DNA of 64,000 nucleotides from Geopsychrobacteraceae bacterium (GTDB lineage: Bacteria; Desulfobacterota; Desulfuromonadia; Desulfuromonadales; Geopsychrobacteraceae). Under the pieces are notes generated by a model. It was not told the DNA's origin, ran no database searches, and saw only the letters and a list, made by a program, of their open reading frames with translations. Shown here in pieces: positions 1-9,778 of this stretch; the stretch's first letter is position 1; every line of letters starts with the position of its first letter. Both the position numbers and the translations under genes were made by a program. The stretch spans positions 1,216,001-1,280,000 of the forward strand of contig OY759353.1 of NCBI GenBank assembly GCA_963662315.1, given 5' to 3'.

Positions 1-721
1 CGCCAAGAATGTGCGTCTGTCCAAAACCGCCGACTACGGCTCAGGCTGCAGCGCCGACGGTAACCTGGTCATTCACGACAGCGTTTATGATGATATGATC
101 GAGTGCCTGAAAGCTGAAGGCGGTTACCTGTGTAACGCAGAAGAAAAAGCCAAGCTGACTGCTGTGCTGTGGGACGACGAGTTGCACCGGACCATCGACA
201 CCATCGCCTGCAGCGCTCAGTCCATCGCGGAAAAAGCCGGCTTCAACATTCCTGAAGATGTCTGCATGCTGCTGTGCGAAGAGGACAACATCGGTCCTGA
301 GTACCCCTGGTGTAAAGAGAAGATGGCTCCGATCATCGGTCTTTTCAAATACAGTGGCGGTTACGACAAAGCTCTTGAACGCCTGCAAGCGATTTACAGA
401 GTTGGTGGTCGTGGCCACTCCTGTGGAATCTACAGTTTTAACGAAGAGCATATCCATATGCACGCCATGGCTATGCCGGTCAGTCGTGTCATGGTTCGCC
501 AGCCCCAGTCCAAGGCGAACTCCGGTTCATTGACCAACGGGATGCCGATGACGTCTTCCATGGGTTGCGGCACCTGGGGTGGCAACATCACCAACGAGAA
601 CGTTCACCTGAAGCATTACATGAACGTGACCTGGGTTGCGCGTCCGATTCCTGAAGACCGTCCAAGTGATGAGGAATTGTTCGGTGAATTCTACAACGAC
701 GAAAGCCTGGTTTTCCCTTAA
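1..721 (+). CDS. CoA-acylating aldehyde dehydrogenase (AdhE N-domain/SauS-like), 5'-truncated by window edge
   Basis: Catalytic-Cys region SKTADYGSGCS, EKMAP, GHSCGIYS and C-terminal SMGCGTWGGNITNENV..HYMN typical of acylating ALDHs; the frame is open at the window start. Confidence 0.85.
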   Translation, partial: AKNVRLSKTADYGSGCSADGNLVIHDSVYDDMIECLKAEGGYLCNAEEKAKLTAVLWDDELHRTIDTIACSAQSIAEKAGFNIPEDVCMLLCEEDNIGPEYPWCKEKMAPIIGLFKYSGGYDKALERLQAIYRVGGRGHSCGIYSFNEEHIHMHAMAMPVSRVMVRQPQSKANSGSLTNGMPMTSSMGCGTWGGNITNENVHLKHYMNVTWVARPIPEDRPSDEELFGEFYNDESLVFP

Positions 722-731
722 CGAAATATCT

Positions 732-755
732 GGCCAGCCTGCATTCAGGCTGGCC
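732..755 (+). other. Intergenic stem-loop (mRNA stabiliser or attenuator)
   Basis: Perfect 10-bp inverted repeat ggccagcctg-catt-caggctggcc just after the ALDH stop; no clear U-tract. Confidence 0.55.
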
Positions 756-802
756 GATAATGCATTTAAATACAGGCAAAAAGTATTCAGGAGCAACCTG
801 CT

Positions 803-1645
803 ATGAATAAGCAGTTTTCATTAGAACCTTTGACAATTATCAGTTGCCCACCACCAGAAATGGTGCGGATTGCAGCTCGTACCGGATATGATTTTATTAG
901 CTTTCGTAACATTCCAATGGGTGTCGCTGGAGAATACTCTTTCTATCCCGAAGACAAAGCTATGGTTCAGGAAACCAAAGCAGCCCTTAAAGAAACAGGT
1001 ATTGGTGTTCACGATATAGAACTAGCCAGAATTTTGCGCGACGTTGATCTTAAAAGCTATGTGCCTGCTATGGAAATGGGTGCAGATCTTGGTGCCAAGC
1101 ACTTGATTTCCAGTGCATGGACCGACATTCGCATTGATCGCAATTTCATTGTTGAAAGTTTCGCTGAAATTTGCGACCTAGCCAAACCGTTCGGGTTAAC
1201 TGTCAGCCTTGAATTCCCCAGTTTTTCTCGCCTAACCAATCTTCAAGAAGCTGCTGATATCGTTCGGGCTGCAGGACGCACAAATTGCGGCATTCTGCTT
1301 GATACCCTATATCTTCACTTTTCCGACATCGGACTTGCAGAAATCTCAGCACTACCCCAGGAGTGGTTCCAGTTTGTCCATCTCAGTGATGCTCCAGCTG
1401 AAATCCCGCAAACCCGGGATGGACTGATTCAGATTGCCAGGGATGCACGCCTTTACCCAGGTGAAGGTTGTATTGATTTTGCTGCGATAGACGCCGTACT
1501 CCCTGATGTCATTTATTCGATTGAACTGCCGAACAATAAGCGAATCGAAGAACTTGGTTTCGAGGGGCATGCCCGGCGCTGTCTAGAAGCAGCTAAGAAT
1601 TATTTTGCCGAACATTGTCAAGAGGCGATCACCGCTGAGTCTTAA
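803..1645 (+). CDS. Sugar phosphate isomerase/epimerase (IolE/xylose isomerase-like TIM barrel)
   Basis: Metal-ligand pattern LEF, LLDTLYLH, VHLSDA, RLYPGEG, SIELP; RBS aggag upstream. Confidence 0.85.
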   Translation: MNKQFSLEPLTIISCPPPEMVRIAARTGYDFISFRNIPMGVAGEYSFYPEDKAMVQETKAALKETGIGVHDIELARILRDVDLKSYVPAMEMGADLGAKHLISSAWTDIRIDRNFIVESFAEICDLAKPFGLTVSLEFPSFSRLTNLQEAADIVRAAGRTNCGILLDTLYLHFSDIGLAEISALPQEWFQFVHLSDAPAEIPQTRDGLIQIARDARLYPGEGCIDFAAIDAVLPDVIYSIELPNNKRIEELGFEGHARRCLEAAKNYFAEHCQEAITAES

Positions 1646-1667
1646 CTGCCGGTTTTGCAACACACGC

Positions 1668-1720
1668 GCTGCGTAACACCATCTACAGCATGATGATGTT
1701 ACGCAGCCCAGGTGTTTTTT
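1668..1720 (+). terminator. Probable intrinsic terminator
   Basis: Stem gctgcgtaaca...tgttacgcagc followed by a T-rich run, downstream of the isomerase stop. Confidence 0.5.
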
Positions 1721-1968
1721 CCTAAGCTCACCATTATTCATCTCAATTATCTCTAGCCAACGACCAAACCACCTCATCAAAGCCCCCTGACGAGCTTCTG
1801 TCAGAATAAAACGCTGCTGTTTTCCATGCGGCTAAGTGACATATATCAACCCGAGAAGATATCTTGCCAAAACATTATAAGTTACTTAAAAATAAGAATT
1901 TTCCCTTAAGTACGATATAGTTTGATTATCAGCATTATTTCATCAACCCTGTCCAAGGAGGTGTCATC

Positions 1969-2457
1969 ATGCTACCACTCTACAAAAATATTCTTATCCC
2001 TACAGATTTCTCCGAAAACTCGAACCTGGCGTTCCGCCATGCAGTTATGCTGGCCAGACAAAATAACGCGCAAATCTACCTCCTTCATGTCATTCCACCG
2101 CTTGATCAATCGATGAAAAACTACCTGTCAACCTATATGGACCAGAAAATTGTGGATGAAATGGAGCAAAATAAAATGCAGTCACATCAGGAAGACCTTA
2201 AAAAGGAACTGCAAAATTTTACTCAAACAGAACTTGGTGATTTCCCTGAGGATCTGAAGCGATTCGTCTGTATCACTGTTGAGGTAGGTCAGCCTGTTGC
2301 CAAAATTCTTGAAGTTGCTGTAGAAAAAGATATCGACGTGATCGTTATGGGCACCCATGGCCGCGGAATAATCGAGCATGCCTTTTTAGGCAGTGTTGCT
2401 GAAAAGGTCTTGCGCAAGGCACACTGCCCGGTATTCGTTGTTCCACTGAAGCCTTGA
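1969..2457 (+). CDS. Universal stress protein (UspA family)
   Basis: ILIPTDFS, LLHV, DVIVMGTHGRG..LGSVAEKVLRKAHCPVFVV; RBS aaggagg. Confidence 0.95.
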   Translation: MLPLYKNILIPTDFSENSNLAFRHAVMLARQNNAQIYLLHVIPPLDQSMKNYLSTYMDQKIVDEMEQNKMQSHQEDLKKELQNFTQTELGDFPEDLKRFVCITVEVGQPVAKILEVAVEKDIDVIVMGTHGRGIIEHAFLGSVAEKVLRKAHCPVFVVPLKP

Positions 2458-2524
2458 GAAGAAGAAAACCGCTGCAACCATGGCAATGCAAGAGGCTTGA
2501 ACTAGCTGCGATTGATAAAGATTG

Positions 2525-2570
2525 CGCCCTGAATCCCTTTTGAGGACACCACCCAAAGGGGTTCAGGGCG
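2525..2570. terminator. Hairpin between convergent genes
   Basis: Inverted repeat cgccctgaatcccttt...aaaggggttcagggcg between the usp and isomerase stops. Confidence 0.6.
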
Positions 2571-2589
2571 ACCAAAATTCTTCCGAGAG

Positions 2590-4176
2590 TCAGGCAACCC
2601 CACACAGGAAAGCCTTAATTCCCAGGGCATCCGCTAATGCAGCCTTGGCACGCATGGCACGTTCGGCTTCAGCTGCTGAATTAGCATAAGCAACCTGAAT
2701 ATGGTTTGATTTATGATGGCCCATCATTTGATCGCGACTAACACCATAAAGAATCGCGTTCATCATCGGCCACTCAGGACTGGTCAGCCGGGAACGCCGC
2801 TCGCGCTCTTGATCTGGCAGGTCAACAGCTTCTCCCAGGCCGAGATCCATTTTCAACTGATGATCCTCTACGTAAACCCTGCTCCAGATGATTGCGCCTG
2901 GTCTGGCATAACCTTTTAGCGTCCCCCCCCCGGAAGGGAAATACATGGGCGGCTGACGAAAACTTTCAGAACCAGCCCACCCTCCTTGATGATGTGCAGG
3001 TGGAGCGCCACCGGAAATCTCGAAAACCCAGACAAAATCGTTACACGCGCCTGAGTGGTCAAAATCTCCCCAGCGAATATCGTGCAGAGTCGTTTCAACA
3101 GGCTGCCCAAGTTCCCGATGTACGCGGTTTGTCAAGATACCGTCAAGACCTGCGCACTCATCAACCTCATTAAAATGAACAATAGCCTGCCCTGACCTTA
3201 TGATACTCCCGTCTTCCGCAAGCACATCAGGACGTTCATCATTATTCAGCATGCCTTCAACGAGGTCTGAAGCCGGCAGTAAATCCTTCAACCCCTGCTG
3301 ATATTGGATACCAATCGCTTCGCAACCAAACTCGTGAGCCATTCTTACCGCAGCGATATACATTCGGCATTGATCCAGAACCTGACTTTCCGTCAATTCC
3401 GTTGCCGGGTCTGCGCCCAGATGAATTTTCAATCCTCGCGCCATAAGCCAGGAATAAATGCGGCGCGCATCCTCTTCAGACACCTGCCGGGTCGCATAAT
3501 AAAGGGCCGACTGGGATAGACGTTCTTTAAAAATCCCCATGGACATAAGCAGCTCATCAGGAATGATGGCATTGTACATCCCCATACATCCTTCATCAAA
3601 AACCCCCATAATAACCTTGTTACTACGGATATCGTCCGCAATAACCTGCATCGCGGCCAGGTCAGATGAGGAGGAGGGATCAAAGGGGTGAACATGGGAG
3701 CAATCATGAGATACATTCCCCTTCACCAGCCATTGGTTCATTTTTTCCTGAAAATATACGTCTTCAAAATCTTCACTCCATAAGGTCGAATACGGGATTC
3801 CTGCTTTGGTCAGGCCGGCGTTCAGATTAAGCACCCCCACCAGTCCCGGCCATTGTCCCGACCAGTTGGCCAAAGTCAGAATCGGCCCGCGATGCGATGT
3901 CAGACCGGGTAACACATGATGGGTATACTGCCAGACAGCTTCAGCTACGATAACAGGCATGTCCGGATCAATACGTTTAAAAACATCCATACCTTCACGT
4001 TGACTCGAAATAAACCCGTGACCACTCTCTTTAACCGGGTGAGCACGCCAGACTTCATGCCCCATATCGACCAGGATTTTGGTTAGTTTTTCTTCCATCG
4101 CCGCCTGTGTTGGCCAACACACATTGTTAGCACTTTCACGTAAATCTCCTGACGCGACCATTGCGATCCGACTCAT
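2590..4176 (-). CDS. L-fucose/D-arabinose isomerase-like (FucI family) sugar isomerase
   Basis: 528 aa; ANWSGQWPGLVG, GCMGMYNA, GIQYQ, HFNEVDE, LHDIRWG, HIQVAY segments resemble the FucI family; start overlaps the kinase stop (ATGA). Confidence 0.75.
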   Translation of the reverse strand: MSRIAMVASGDLRESANNVCWPTQAAMEEKLTKILVDMGHEVWRAHPVKESGHGFISSQREGMDVFKRIDPDMPVIVAEAVWQYTHHVLPGLTSHRGPILTLANWSGQWPGLVGVLNLNAGLTKAGIPYSTLWSEDFEDVYFQEKMNQWLVKGNVSHDCSHVHPFDPSSSSDLAAMQVIADDIRSNKVIMGVFDEGCMGMYNAIIPDELLMSMGIFKERLSQSALYYATRQVSEEDARRIYSWLMARGLKIHLGADPATELTESQVLDQCRMYIAAVRMAHEFGCEAIGIQYQQGLKDLLPASDLVEGMLNNDERPDVLAEDGSIIRSGQAIVHFNEVDECAGLDGILTNRVHRELGQPVETTLHDIRWGDFDHSGACNDFVWVFEISGGAPPAHHQGGWAGSESFRQPPMYFPSGGGTLKGYARPGAIIWSRVYVEDHQLKMDLGLGEAVDLPDQERERRSRLTSPEWPMMNAILYGVSRDQMMGHHKSNHIQVAYANSAAEAERAMRAKAALADALGIKAFLCGVA

Positions 4177-5798
4177 AGCACAGCCTCCTTCATTAGGGCA
4201 GCGTAGTCAGCATGATCCTGCTGCATACGTCGCATAACTTTATACTTCGCCTGATGGTACGTTGAAATCTGGCCGCCACGCGGAAGTAGAACGTGTCCCT
4301 TACCGCTCATGGCGTCCATGGCACTGGCGATACCGCAATACTCACCGGCAGCAACGGCCCCCAGCATGGCACTGCCAAGTAATACCGGCTCTGCAGTGTC
4401 CGGCACCACAACAGCACAACCTGTTGCATCAGCATGCTCCCTGAGAAACAGCTGATTACGCGCCAGCCCCCCGCTGACCACCAAGGTGTCAACCGGAATC
4501 CCGGAGTGGCGCATTTCTTCTATGATATGACGGCTTCCATAAGCCAGAGCCTGCAGAGTGGCCAGATAATCAAGAGCAAGGTCATAACTTCCAACATCGA
4601 GCGTCAAACCGTCGATGGAACCGTGTCGCCAAGGTTCGGCCAGAGGAGATCGATTGCCATGGAAATCGGGCTGAATATGCCTGTGTCGAGTTAAAAAAGC
4701 GCTCTCATCACCACCGGCCTCGTTCAATATCTCTTCCAACCGCTGGTAGATTGTTTTACCGGCGGCGCGAGCTTCTTCCGTGAGCTCACGGGCGGACGCA
4801 TGACGGGCGATAACAGCATCAATGAGCGCACCAGCTGCCGACTGCCCCCCTTCGTTGGCCCAATGATCCGGGAGCAATACAGAATAATAGGGGCCCCATA
4901 CGCCAGACACATAACAGGGCTCTCGGGAAATACTAATGTGACAGGTTGAGGTCCCGGCAATCAGTGCAAGCCTCCCTTCGGATGAGCTGCCGTTGACACC
5001 GAGGGTACCAAGAGCACCGGCATAGGCATCAATCATACCGGAAGCAACGGCAATGCAAGCAGGTAAACCCAACTCCTCCGCTGCTGTAGCGGATAAAGGT
5101 CCAGCCAAACATCCAGGACCAAGAAAAGAGTTTCCAATGCTAGAATGATTATTAGCAGCGAGACAGCCGAGGCCGATCATCTTAAGAAAATTATCATCCC
5201 ACCCCTCACCTGCACCGCCAAGATGGCCACGATAGGTCCACTTGCACACAGGCGAGCAGAGGGAACGCTCATAACCGCCGGTCGCTCGATGGACCAACCA
5301 ATCGGGCAGATCCCAAAAATAGGCCGCCCGCTGCCAGCTATCGGGAAGGTTCTTTTTCAACCACAGCAGTTTAGGCATTTCCATCTCAGGAGAGATAACC
5401 CCTCCAACATAGCGTAATACTTCTGCCTTGGTGCGGTTGATCTCTTCTGCTTCACCGATGGCACGATGGTCCATCCATAAAATAATATCCTGATTAGCAT
5501 TAAAATCAGGACTGACAGAGACAGGCTTATCATACTTATCGGTAACTACCAGCGAACATGTGGCATCAAACCCCAGGCCACCGATGGTCTCAATCTTAAT
5601 ACCTGCATTCGTTACGGCCTGACGAACGCTATAGATAATGGCGTTCCATATCTCGGCAGAGCTTTGCTGACAAAAATCAGCAGCGGGCCGGAAAGTAGAT
5701 ATGTTCTTCTGAGCGGTGCCGAGACACTGCCCATGACTGTCAAACACCCCGGCCCGGGCGCTCCCGGTGCCAACATCAATCCCAATATAATTGGTCAT
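4173..5798 (-). CDS. FGGY-family pentulose kinase (D-ribulokinase-like)
   Basis: IGIDVGTGSARAG, GFDATCSLV, WMDHRA, SPEMEMPKLLWLK, AGTSTCH, PDFHGNRSP: signature of the D-ribulokinase/FGGY subfamily. Confidence 0.9.
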   Translation of the reverse strand: MTNYIGIDVGTGSARAGVFDSHGQCLGTAQKNISTFRPAADFCQQSSAEIWNAIIYSVRQAVTNAGIKIETIGGLGFDATCSLVVTDKYDKPVSVSPDFNANQDIILWMDHRAIGEAEEINRTKAEVLRYVGGVISPEMEMPKLLWLKKNLPDSWQRAAYFWDLPDWLVHRATGGYERSLCSPVCKWTYRGHLGGAGEGWDDNFLKMIGLGCLAANNHSSIGNSFLGPGCLAGPLSATAAEELGLPACIAVASGMIDAYAGALGTLGVNGSSSEGRLALIAGTSTCHISISREPCYVSGVWGPYYSVLLPDHWANEGGQSAAGALIDAVIARHASARELTEEARAAGKTIYQRLEEILNEAGGDESAFLTRHRHIQPDFHGNRSPLAEPWRHGSIDGLTLDVGSYDLALDYLATLQALAYGSRHIIEEMRHSGIPVDTLVVSGGLARNQLFLREHADATGCAVVVPDTAEPVLLGSAMLGAVAAGEYCGIASAMDAMSGKGHVLLPRGGQISTYHQAKYKVMRRMQQDHADYAALMKEAVL

Positions 5799-5821
5799 GA
5801 AACCTCCACAGAAAATCAGAT

Positions 5822-6460
5822 TTACACTCTCATTGCTCTCTTTTTTGCGCTTTCAATATGGTTGGTCATGGCCAGAACTGCGCCAAGCTTGTCACGCTTT
5901 GATAGTGCCTCAATAATTGCCAGATGTTCATCCATAACGGACATAATCAATTCCGGAATAATACGGGTATCCTGTTGTCGAATAAGCCGGATTTTAATTG
6001 AATTAACCCGGTAAATATTGGCTATCAGGTCATTCCCTAAGCGATCAATCATGTGGTCATGCATTTGCCAGTCAAGCAGTTGAGCCTCGTTAAGCAGTTC
6101 CGGGGAGATATTAAGACCGGCTGCTTGCCTAATGTGGAGATGTTTATCACGTAAAGAAACGATTTCATCATCTGTTGCAACCTGAATAAAGTTGGCGACC
6201 CCTTCCTTTTCAAGCAACAACCTGAGCTGAAAAGCGTTACGGATTAAATTAAGATCAACATGGGCGACCTGCAAGCCACGCTTCGGAACGGTAACAATCA
6301 GGCCATCTGCTTCAAGCCGAGGAATCATTTCCCTGATAGCGGCCAATGTCATTCCCGTTATTTCAACCAGTTCCCGTTGTGAAACAATCTGTCCAGGCAT
6401 GATTTCCTGCGCCAACAACCGTTCGGTAAAGTTTTCATAGGCTTGATCGCGCATTAGCAT
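5822..6460 (-). CDS. GntR-family (FadR/FCD) transcriptional regulator
   Basis: N-terminal wHTH (SQRELVEITGMTLAAIRE..RLEADGL..PKRG) and FCD domain (DWQMH..EHLAII..NHI); start moved to ATG 6460 behind a GGAG RBS. Confidence 0.92.
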   Translation of the reverse strand: MLMRDQAYENFTERLLAQEIMPGQIVSQRELVEITGMTLAAIREMIPRLEADGLIVTVPKRGLQVAHVDLNLIRNAFQLRLLLEKEGVANFIQVATDDEIVSLRDKHLHIRQAAGLNISPELLNEAQLLDWQMHDHMIDRLGNDLIANIYRVNSIKIRLIRQQDTRIIPELIMSVMDEHLAIIEALSKRDKLGAVLAMTNHIESAKKRAMRV

Positions 6461-6495
6461 AAGCAGCTCCACTGTCGTTCAGATCATGATTATGG

Positions 6496-7416
6496 TTAAG
6501 AATTAATAGATTTCACAAGCGCCACCATATCATTAACATTATCCGCATTGGAAGGTAGCAATGGCGGTCTGACATGAGTCCAGATCTCTTCATTGTAGTA
6601 TAAAGCAACAAGCGATTTCACCAGCGGAGTCACAGGATGACAGACCACCTTACTGACCAATTCGTTAACCGCCGGATGATCTTCTCCTGTAAGAATAAGA
6701 TCCTTAAGGACTCCGGGGAAAAGGTTGGCCATTCCGCTGATGGCCCCGGAACACCCCAAAGAGCCCGCTTTTGCCAAAAGACGCTCATCACCGATAAGTA
6801 CAGCAAGATCATCATTCTGGAGAAAATCAAGGGCACTCTGCCAGGATCCTGAACTATCCTTGACACCAAAAATGGCATCGCCAAAACGATCTTTCAAACG
6901 TCGAACCAAAGAACCCGGCAGAGAGATCTGAGTAACCTGGGGCAAATTATAGAGAATGAGCTGCAAATCGTATTGGACGAGGGCAGAGATAAAGTGTTCG
7001 TACCACAAAAGAATTCCCTCATCAGAGACACCATTGAAATAGAACGGTGGAGTCACCAACAATTTGGTGATGCCAAAGCGGCAGGCTTGTCTGGCCTGCT
7101 GAATAGCCTCCTCCAGGTTACTTGCGCAGATACACACGGTTACCGATTGGGCAGGCACAACCTGACCGACCAGGGAGTCCAGCAGCAGCTGCCTCTCGCT
7201 GGCACCGATTGAAGCCCCCTCCCCTGTGGTCCCGAACAGAGTGATGCCTCCAGCACCATTGTTCAAGACCCTGTCAGCATGTCGCTCAGCAGCTGTAACG
7301 GCCACCGTACCTTCAACATTAAATGGCGTGATCAGTGCTGTTGAAATACCAAAGGATGCAAATTTTACATTTCCGGCGGGTTCATAATTAGGCACAGTTT
7401 CCAACACTGTCGTCAT
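6496..7416 (-). CDS. DHDPS/N-acetylneuraminate lyase family class I aldolase
   Basis: ALITPF, GTTGEG, PPFY, LYNLP and Schiff-base GVKDSSG motifs; start ATG 7416 with GGAG 6 nt upstream. Confidence 0.9.
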   Translation of the reverse strand: MTTVLETVPNYEPAGNVKFASFGISTALITPFNVEGTVAVTAAERHADRVLNNGAGGITLFGTTGEGASIGASERQLLLDSLVGQVVPAQSVTVCICASNLEEAIQQARQACRFGITKLLVTPPFYFNGVSDEGILLWYEHFISALVQYDLQLILYNLPQVTQISLPGSLVRRLKDRFGDAIFGVKDSSGSWQSALDFLQNDDLAVLIGDERLLAKAGSLGCSGAISGMANLFPGVLKDLILTGEDHPAVNELVSKVVCHPVTPLVKSLVALYYNEEIWTHVRPPLLPSNADNVNDMVALVKSINS

Positions 7417-7481
7417 ACTCATCTCCATCTCGTTGATCGTTAATAAGTCCGCTCCATCAATAAATATGTGCTGACCGCATA

Positions 7482-7512
7482 ACATCTACATAACATGTTA
7501 GCAAGATGTCAA
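7482..7512 (-). promoter_or_regulatory. Palindromic operator overlapping a -35 box of the leftward operon
   Basis: Interrupted palindrome acatct-N3-taacatgtta-N3-agatgt (7482-7509); TTGACA on the minus strand at 7507-7512. Confidence 0.65.
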
Positions 7513-7561
7513 GTTAATTTGAAATGGCAGGAAGATGAGTTACACTTTTTATAGAAAATTG

Positions 7562-7590
7562 TTGACAGAAAAGACCTTTGCCAATATCCT
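7562..7590 (+). promoter_or_regulatory. Sigma70-type promoter for the ThDP enzyme gene
   Basis: TTGACA (7562-7567), 17-bp spacer, TATCCT (7585-7590). Confidence 0.6.
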
Positions 7591-7666
7591 ATTAACCATA
7601 ATTTGATCCTTTCCATTAGGACGACATAGACAACCATATATATAAACTCGTATTGAGGAGGCCATC

Positions 7667-9415
7667 GTGAAAGATCTGGTTGCACATCAATTGGTTAAAT
7701 ATCTCGAGGACAGAGGGGTGGAACATGTCTTCGGGCTCTGCGGCCATACCAACATCGCCGTATTGTCGGCACTGGACAAAAGCAAGATCAACTTCGTCAA
7801 CACCCGTCATGAGCAGATTGCTGCTCACGCTGCTGATGGCTACGCCCGTGCTAAGAAAACCACTTCTGTTGTGCTGAGTCACTTGGGACCGGGCATGTCC
7901 AACGCTGCCACCGGCGTTGCCAACGCTGCCCTGGACTGTATTCCGATGGTCGTTATCATTGGCGACATTCCTTCTCACTACTACGGTAAACACCCCCATC
8001 AGGAAGTTAACCTGCACGCTGACGGTGCGCAGTCAGAAATGTATCGTCCCTTCTGTAAGCGCGTTTGGCGTGTAGAAAGCCCTGAGCTGTTCCCAGAAAT
8101 CATGGAGAAGGCATTCCAACTGGCAGAAAGTGGTCAACCTGGACCAGTTGCTGTTGACGTTCCGATGGACATCTTTTCAAAAGAAGTCGATATCGAGCGT
8201 TTTGAGCGCGTCAAAAAGAACACCCGCAGTCTGTCCAAACCATCACTGGATGAAGACGTTGCCAAAGAAATCGTCATTAATCTGGTTGAAGCTAAAAAAC
8301 CGCTCCTGTATGTCGGTGGAGGTATCGTACTTGCTGACGCAGCTGAAGAGTTAAAAGCATTTGTTGATCATACCAGCATTCCTGTTGCCCACAGCTTGAT
8401 GGGTAAAGGCGCTCTGCCTGATGATCATCCTTTTACCCTCGGCATGAGTGGCTTCTGGGGCACTCAGTACATCAATGACAGCTGTCGTACTGCTGACTGG
8501 ATTCTCGGTCTTGGCACCCGCTTCAAAGAAGCTGACTGTAGCTCCTGGTACCCAGAGTTCACCTTCGATATCCCAGGCACTTCCAAGCTGATGCATATCG
8601 ACATTGAAAGCTCTGAAATCGGCCGTAACTACCCAGTTGAAATTGGTGCCGTTGCCGACCTGAAGCAGGCTCTTAAAGTCCTGACCAAGGTTGCTAAGCA
8701 ACTCTGCCCTGAAGGCATTAAAAAGCCTGAACTGGAAAAAGAGATCGCTGAATACCGAGCTGAATTTGCTGGCAGAAACACCGAAAACCAGCAAAGCGAC
8801 AAATACCCGATGATGCCAGAGCGGATCCTGGCTGATGTTCGTGCGGCTCTGCCTCGCGATGCGATTATCACCACTGATGTTGGTTGGAATAAAAACGGTG
8901 TTGGTCAGCAGTTCCCGATTTACACCCCAGGCAGCATTCAGATTCCTGGTGGCTATGCAACCATGGGCTTCGGTGCTCCGGCAGCATTAGGAGCTAAACT
9001 GGCTTGCCCAGACAAAGTGGTTGTCGCTCTTATCGGCGATGGCGGTTTCGGTCAAAACCCTGCCGTTCTTGCTACTGCGGCATATGAAAATATTCCCGCT
9101 ATCTGGGTTGTTATGAACAACAATGCTTTCGGTACCATTGCTGGACTGGAAAAAGCTCACTACAACACCACTTACGGTACCCTGTTCCCACAAGTTACCG
9201 ACTTCGCCGCTATTGCCAGAGCATATGGTGTTGAAGGCATCAGCATTAAATCTGCCGATGAGTTCAAACCGGCCTTGGAAGCTGCCATTGCATCCAACAA
9301 GCCAACGGTTATCGATGTTCGCATGATTAACAACCCGGTTCCAACTACCGGTCACTGGAACATCCTTGACATCTACTCACCAGGTAAAAAAGTGTCTCAC
9401 GTCAGCACCGACTAA
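7667..9415 (+). CDS. Thiamine-diphosphate-dependent enzyme (acetolactate synthase large subunit superfamily), specificity unknown
   Basis: RHEQ catalytic Glu, GPG..N, GPV.VDVP.D, central domain GTRF/HIDI, ThDP motif GDGGF...MNN; GTG start with gaggagg RBS. Confidence 0.9.
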   Translation: MKDLVAHQLVKYLEDRGVEHVFGLCGHTNIAVLSALDKSKINFVNTRHEQIAAHAADGYARAKKTTSVVLSHLGPGMSNAATGVANAALDCIPMVVIIGDIPSHYYGKHPHQEVNLHADGAQSEMYRPFCKRVWRVESPELFPEIMEKAFQLAESGQPGPVAVDVPMDIFSKEVDIERFERVKKNTRSLSKPSLDEDVAKEIVINLVEAKKPLLYVGGGIVLADAAEELKAFVDHTSIPVAHSLMGKGALPDDHPFTLGMSGFWGTQYINDSCRTADWILGLGTRFKEADCSSWYPEFTFDIPGTSKLMHIDIESSEIGRNYPVEIGAVADLKQALKVLTKVAKQLCPEGIKKPELEKEIAEYRAEFAGRNTENQQSDKYPMMPERILADVRAALPRDAIITTDVGWNKNGVGQQFPIYTPGSIQIPGGYATMGFGAPAALGAKLACPDKVVVALIGDGGFGQNPAVLATAAYENIPAIWVVMNNNAFGTIAGLEKAHYNTTYGTLFPQVTDFAAIARAYGVEGISIKSADEFKPALEAAIASNKPTVIDVRMINNPVPTTGHWNILDIYSPGKKVSHVSTD

Positions 9416-9439
9416 TTGACAACTGAAGAGACCTCCGGC

Positions 9440-9477
9440 AACAGGCCGCTTCCGTTCAGGAGGTGGCCTGTTTTATT
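9440..9477 (+). terminator. Intrinsic terminator
   Basis: aacaggccgcttcc-gttca-ggaggtggcctgtt followed by ttatt. Confidence 0.75.
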
Positions 9478-9778
9478 CTCACCCACCCCCTGAGGCAACT
9501 ATTCGCAACTGAGGGCAGTACAATCACAATAACCTCTCCCACCCATTTGACGATTTTGATCATTTTCCCTTCGTGACCACAATGACCAAAATAGCCACAA
9601 AGAAATCAAAGCTTTTTATCCCCCATTTATTTACAGACTTTCCTTTTCGCCATACCCTCCAGACACAGACTAGGCAAACAGCGTTTCCATTTCATCTTTT
9701 TCCGGAACTTTCAAAAGCCGCTACGGCCACGGTCAACCGTGGGTTTTCTAACTTTCTTATCTAAGGGAGATAAAGGTA

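Noticed and set aside
1695..1707. gatgttacgcagc resembles part of integron attI1
   Set aside because: Short match explained as one arm of a terminator-like hairpin; no integrase or attC sites nearby
6496..7416. Housekeeping dapA
   Set aside because: Context is catabolic (GntR, kinase, isomerase), and it lacks the DapA-typical PYYNKP and YNVP.RT motifs
7667..9415. Sulfoacetaldehyde acetyltransferase (Xsc), IolD or biosynthetic ilvB, suggested by the SauS-like ALDH and IolE-like neighbour
   Set aside because: The N-terminal region (FGLCGHTN) does not match the Xsc or IolD signatures as I recall them, and there is no ilvN or pta adjacent; left as a generic ThDP enzyme
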